A DNA stretch of 47,774 bases from Promethearchaeota archaeon. Its GTDB lineage: Archaea; Asgardarchaeota; Lokiarchaeia; Sigyniarchaeales; SOKP01. Each line of letters starts with the position of its first letter. Positions within the stretch are counted from its first letter, which is position 1. Location: the NCBI GenBank assembly GCA_020344955.1, contig CP070831.1, forward strand, positions 1,106,091 through 1,153,864, written 5' to 3'. Of this stretch, positions 43,988 through 47,774 are shown one piece after another. A model generated the notes under the pieces. It had not been told where the DNA came from. It saw nothing but the letters and a program-made list of their open reading frames with translations, and made no database searches. Made by a program: the position numbers and the translations under genes.

Positions 43988-45172
43988 CTAACCGAGGACA
44001 TGTTTTGCATAAGGAATTTTGCGAAAGAAGAAATGACTTAAAATGAAACAAAGAGACACAGTAATTAGAGATACAAGAATAAATTTCAATACAGTTGGGA
44101 TGTCTATTGATAAAAAAGCTACATTGAAAGCTATAAGGATTGGTTGGTGTATTATATAGACTGTATATACATTAGCACCTAAAGCTTTAATTACCCGCTC
44201 ATGGTGGGTGGCTCGTTCTCTAAACATATATATAAGCCAAATTGGAATCCCTATCAAAAGAATTGATTCCCAAATGGTATAAGTTAAGGCTTGCCATGTA
44301 AATCCTCCTTTAAAAACGTCATAATTTCCAGTTTCTAACGCCCCTCCTAACAATAAAATGATCGGCGCAAGGATGATCGTAATAAGAGATATGATCCCCC
44401 ACTTTCGGGCATGTGAACTAGATATCCTGCTAAACCAATCTCCCCTATAAGCTAATATGCCGCAGTAAAAGGAAAATGTGTAATGAATAATATGGGCGAA
44501 TTGAACAAAAAAGTACCACTCATCTACCGGAAAAAATAGCCGAATCAAGAAATTTAGAAATGATAGAAGACCAATAGAAAGAATTATTACCCTACTAGGA
44601 GGAAATTTATCTCGAAATAGATGAATAGATTTTTGTGGAAAATATCGATCTGTAAACACCCTGAATATTACATAAACTCCTGCAAAAATCAATAAAACCA
44701 ATAAAAACCAAAGATGCCCGAAATTCAGAGTAAAATTTGTATATTGGTATTGCAAGACTTCCAGAAAAGACCAACTCTCCGTACTATCTACTGCAAAATT
44801 CAGTAAGATGTAAAAATTAATCGGTCGAATTATAAGGATTAACAGAATCAAAGGAATCCCTAAACGGATCAACCTATCTTTGAGAAATTTGAGTGACCCC
44901 TTTTCTTCATAGGATCGAGGAGTGAAATACCCTGCTAGCAGAAAGAAGGCGGACATAAAAAACGATTGATTAATAGCATTAAATAAGGTAAATATGATGG
45001 GACTGATGGAATCTGACGCCGTTTCTCTTATTGCCCAACCACCACTTCCACCGTATGCAATTGCAGCATGGTGTAAAATCTCTAAAATCGTTAAAAGAAT
45101 CCTTAATTTGTCCAAATAAAGGAATCTTGTTTTTAAAGTTGTTACTTGTATTTCTTCTTGCAATTGTTTCAT
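43988..45172 (-). CDS. acyltransferase family 3 integral membrane protein
   Basis: About ten TM helices and the N-terminal motif RFLYLDKLRILLTILEILHHA typical of Acyl_transf_3. Confidence 0.65.
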   Translation of the reverse strand: MKQLQEEIQVTTLKTRFLYLDKLRILLTILEILHHAAIAYGGSGGWAIRETASDSISPIIFTLFNAINQSFFMSAFFLLAGYFTPRSYEEKGSLKFLKDRLIRLGIPLILLILIIRPINFYILLNFAVDSTESWSFLEVLQYQYTNFTLNFGHLWFLLVLLIFAGVYVIFRVFTDRYFPQKSIHLFRDKFPPSRVIILSIGLLSFLNFLIRLFFPVDEWYFFVQFAHIIHYTFSFYCGILAYRGDWFSRISSSHARKWGIISLITIILAPIILLLGGALETGNYDVFKGGFTWQALTYTIWESILLIGIPIWLIYMFRERATHHERVIKALGANVYTVYIIHQPILIAFNVAFLSIDIPTVLKFILVSLITVSLCFILSHFFFRKIPYAKHVLG

Positions 45173-45250
45173 CGAAATATCAAAAACTCTAATCTAATAT
45201 TATGTTTTTAAATTTTTGTTAAATTTAATTAGAATTCTATTTAACACTAA

Positions 45251-45270
45251 AGGAGTCCTATTTTTGAAAT
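45251..45270. repeat. 20-nt motif AGGAGTCCTATTTTTGAAAT, copy 2
   Basis: 19/20 identical to 43898-43917. It lies in the divergent intergenic region between the acyltransferase gene and selB. Confidence 0.6.
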
Positions 45271-45344
45271 TCAACATAATACGATTATTTTTTTCATATT
45301 GAATAACAATCTATAAATTTAGTTCATTTTTTAAGTAATTAAAG

Positions 45345-46763
45345 ATGGAAATTGAAAAGAAAATCCCCATACACATTGGGTTATTCGGACATATCGACTC
45401 TGGGAAGACAGCAATAGCAGAAGTCCTTAGCGAAATAATTTCTACGGCAGGAATTGATGCCCATCCGCAAAGTAAGGAACGAGGAATAACTATAGATTTA
45501 GGTTTTACCAGTTTTATTCTTGATAAATATTTAATTACTTTGGTAGATGGCCCGGGTCATGCTGATTTAATTAAAATAAGTGCGTCATCAGTAGAAATTA
45601 TCGATTGTGCTTTAATAGTCATAGATATTAATAAGGGGCCCCAAGTTCAAACAGGAGAACATCTTATTATGATTGAGTCCCTTAATATTCATAATATTAT
45701 TATAATTCTCAATAAAATTGATATCTTTTTTGGAAGTATTGAGAATGAGATACAGAAAACAAGAGAATTTTTCAATTCAACATCCTTTGGACAGAATGTA
45801 CCGATTTTTACTGTTAGTGCGAAAAAGAAAATTGGTTTCGAAAAATTAAAAAACGGAATATTAGAAACAGTAAAATCTTTAAAAATAGAAAGAAGTACTA
45901 AAGGAGATATTATAATTCCTATCGATCACCATTTCTCAATAAAAGGTGTAGGAGTTATATTAACAGGTACAATTTTAAATGGAACATTAAATACAAATCA
46001 AATTTTAGAAATCTTACCTGTTAAAACATCCGGTAGAGTTAAGGGCATTCAAATATTTCACCAAAATGTCGATTTTGCTAAAGCAGGAGATAGAGTTGGC
46101 ATTAATATCAAAGGTGTAGAATTAAAAAAAATTTTTCGAGGTTGTTATGCAACCAATAACCCAAAAGCCTTTGAATTTTGTGATATAATCGAAGTAAAGG
46201 TAACCATTAATAAATTATTTAAACCAAAAACTAGTTTTGGTACTCAAATTCATATTACCATTGGAATGTTCACTACTACTGGAAGGATTTATCCTTACTA
46301 TGATCTGGATGAAAAAAGAATTCAAACAACAGTTTCAAATAAAGATCAAGGATTTAAGGCTATTATTTTTTTCAAGGAGAAAGTTTTAATTAGAAAAAAG
46401 AATAATATGATGTTATTAAGCCGATTAGATTTAACTCCAACTAGTTTAAGAATTTTAGGCTCAGCAGAGTTATTAAAAATATGGCAAGAATCTCCTTTGT
46501 TTTATAAACATAAAACAAAAAAGGGAACCATCAAAAATCCAGATCACCCTCAAGGAATTGTATGTACAGGTTTAGTAAAAAGTGTTAATGGTGCTAAAAA
46601 GATTGTTGGAAAAAAGTTAGAACCTCCATTCACAAGTGTTTTAGATACATTTGGTACTAAAGGAGCTGTAATTATTGGGATTGAAAATAAGGAAAAAATG
46701 ATTGAAAAAGGAGATCCCGTTTTTCTAAAAGAATTAAGAAGCTTTTATGTAAAAAACATTTAA
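45345..46763 (+). CDS. selB: selenocysteine-specific translation elongation factor, archaeal/eukaryal type
   Basis: GTPase motifs GHIDSGKT, DGPGH and NKID. EF-Tu-like domains II/III plus a short C-terminal extension, 472 aa. Sits in the same neighbourhood as tRNA-Sec and SepSecS. Confidence 0.75.
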   Translation: MEIEKKIPIHIGLFGHIDSGKTAIAEVLSEIISTAGIDAHPQSKERGITIDLGFTSFILDKYLITLVDGPGHADLIKISASSVEIIDCALIVIDINKGPQVQTGEHLIMIESLNIHNIIIILNKIDIFFGSIENEIQKTREFFNSTSFGQNVPIFTVSAKKKIGFEKLKNGILETVKSLKIERSTKGDIIIPIDHHFSIKGVGVILTGTILNGTLNTNQILEILPVKTSGRVKGIQIFHQNVDFAKAGDRVGINIKGVELKKIFRGCYATNNPKAFEFCDIIEVKVTINKLFKPKTSFGTQIHITIGMFTTTGRIYPYYDLDEKRIQTTVSNKDQGFKAIIFFKEKVLIRKKNNMMLLSRLDLTPTSLRILGSAELLKIWQESPLFYKHKTKKGTIKNPDHPQGIVCTGLVKSVNGAKKIVGKKLEPPFTSVLDTFGTKGAVIIGIENKEKMIEKGDPVFLKELRSFYVKNI

Positions 46764-46794
46764 ATTTTCAAAAATTTATATTAACTTAATAAAG

Positions 46795-47238
46795 GTGTTA
46801 AAATTGGAAAAAGCGAAAGATACTGAAATTGAAATTAGTCAGGAGATCTTAGATGAATTAATGCGTAATTTAGAAAAATTAGAAGCATCTACTGACCTAG
46901 AAGGAACTGCTGTAGTTTCAAAAACGGGATTAAGGATTGCGAGTTCTGAAACTGCTGATGTTGTGTGGGATATTTATAGTGCTAGCCCCGCAACATTAAT
47001 TTCATTAGGTGAAAAAATTAGCCAAGGATTAGAGCAAGGTGAATTAAGAGATATTGTTATTCGAGGAACTAAAGGATATACAATTATTTTAGTCGGATCT
47101 GCTGATAATAATTTCATGTTATTTACAAATTGTAAAAAAGGTTATAAATTAGGATATTATTTCCATAAAATTAGGAAAGCCTTCAAAGAAATGGAACCTG
47201 TTTTAAAAAAAATTGAAACTAAAGATATAAAATATTAA
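46795..47238 (+). CDS. Roadblock/LC7 (MglB-like) domain protein (GTG start)
   Basis: LEGTAVVSKTGLRIASSE ... IVIRGTKGYTIILVG ... FMLFTNC matches the alpha-beta-alpha Roadblock pattern. Confidence 0.55.
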   Translation: MLKLEKAKDTEIEISQEILDELMRNLEKLEASTDLEGTAVVSKTGLRIASSETADVVWDIYSASPATLISLGEKISQGLEQGELRDIVIRGTKGYTIILVGSADNNFMLFTNCKKGYKLGYYFHKIRKAFKEMEPVLKKIETKDIKY

Positions 47239-47298
47239 AATTCCTTACCTTTATTCTAATTTTATGTTTTTTTTGAAGAAAAGAAAAAAGTTTAACTT

Positions 47299-47774
47299 TT
47301 AGTGAAAAGTCCATTTGATTATATCTCCCTTTTCCAAGTTGTATTTATGAGCTGAAACACCTGGAGATTCATCATTAACCGAATAAAGCCAATTTCCTCT
47401 TAGATTGTTAATACTTTCTACAATAATTCCCATTTCACCATAATCAGTGTATTCAAGCTCACACCATTTATTTAATGCGTCGAAAGCAGTAGTATTGTAA
47501 TCACTTAACCCAAAATTTTCCCAAGTTTCTATTGTTCCATTTCCATAATCAACAATTAAAGTAATATCCTGAACTTCTTTTAAGGGTTCATTTACTTCAC
47601 CAACTTCTATACTGAAGGTAAATACAAAGAAAGAAGTGAAACTAGCAATAGCTAATATAGCCACCAAGATATATTTATTAAATTTCTTAAATTTTGAAAA
47701 ATATCTCGATATAATTAGAGATGTAGACATTAAAATTACACTCGCTGATGCAATAACAATATATGGTAAAAATA
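47299..47774 (-). CDS. DUF4430 (transcobalamin-like beta-grasp) domain protein with N-terminal membrane anchor; the frame stays open to the window edge
   Basis: C-terminal pattern ...AFDALNK...GNWLYSVNDESPGVSAHKYNLEKGDIIKWTF. ATG at 47728-47730 is a possible start, but the frame has no stop up to 47774. Confidence 0.55.
   Translation of the reverse strand, partial: FLPYIVIASASVILMSTSLIISRYFSKFKKFNKYILVAILAIASFTSFFVFTFSIEVGEVNEPLKEVQDITLIVDYGNGTIETWENFGLSDYNTTAFDALNKWCELEYTDYGEMGIIVESINNLRGNWLYSVNDESPGVSAHKYNLEKGDIIKWTFH

Noticed and set aside
1-47774. CRISPR arrays, rRNA genes, transposases/integrases, prophage or toxin-antitoxin modules
   Set aside because: No regularly spaced repeats, no rRNA-like conserved segments, and no ORF with transposase, integrase or typical defence-system motifs were seen in any frame.

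Overview
AT-rich archaeal chromosomal segment, about 65 features. Archaeal and eukaryal-type ribosomal proteins (uL11, uL1, uL10/P0, P1, uS2, eL14, eL34), SecY, an EMC3/DUF106-type insertase, a Vps28-like ESCRT-I protein and a Roadblock/LC7 protein point to an Asgard (Loki-like) archaeon. The window also holds much of an archaeal/eukaryal-type selenocysteine system (tRNA-Sec directly upstream of SepSecS, plus SelB) and scattered shikimate genes (aroE, aroK, aroD). Other content includes a histidine kinase/response regulator pair, an orphan CheB, several tandem paralog pairs and many zinc-ribbon membrane proteins. No rRNA genes, CRISPR arrays or obvious mobile elements were seen. The strongest finding is that the essential uL11 gene is interrupted by a 28-nt out-of-frame insert that folds into a textbook archaeal bulge-helix-bulge (BHB) splicing motif. 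The predicted cuts restore the conserved reading frame exactly, so this looks like an mRNA intron of the tRNA-endonuclease type. The tRNA-Sec gene carries a well-formed BHB intron in its D-arm. A 175-nt tRNA-Ile(UAU) gene carries three insertions. A small zinc-ribbon gene may be split in a similar way. Two conserved genes (eL34 and a gamma-CA-like protein) appear to start at AUU/AUA codons behind Shine-Dalgarno-like GGT(G) boxes. All functional calls come from reading motifs in the translations; no database search was run.
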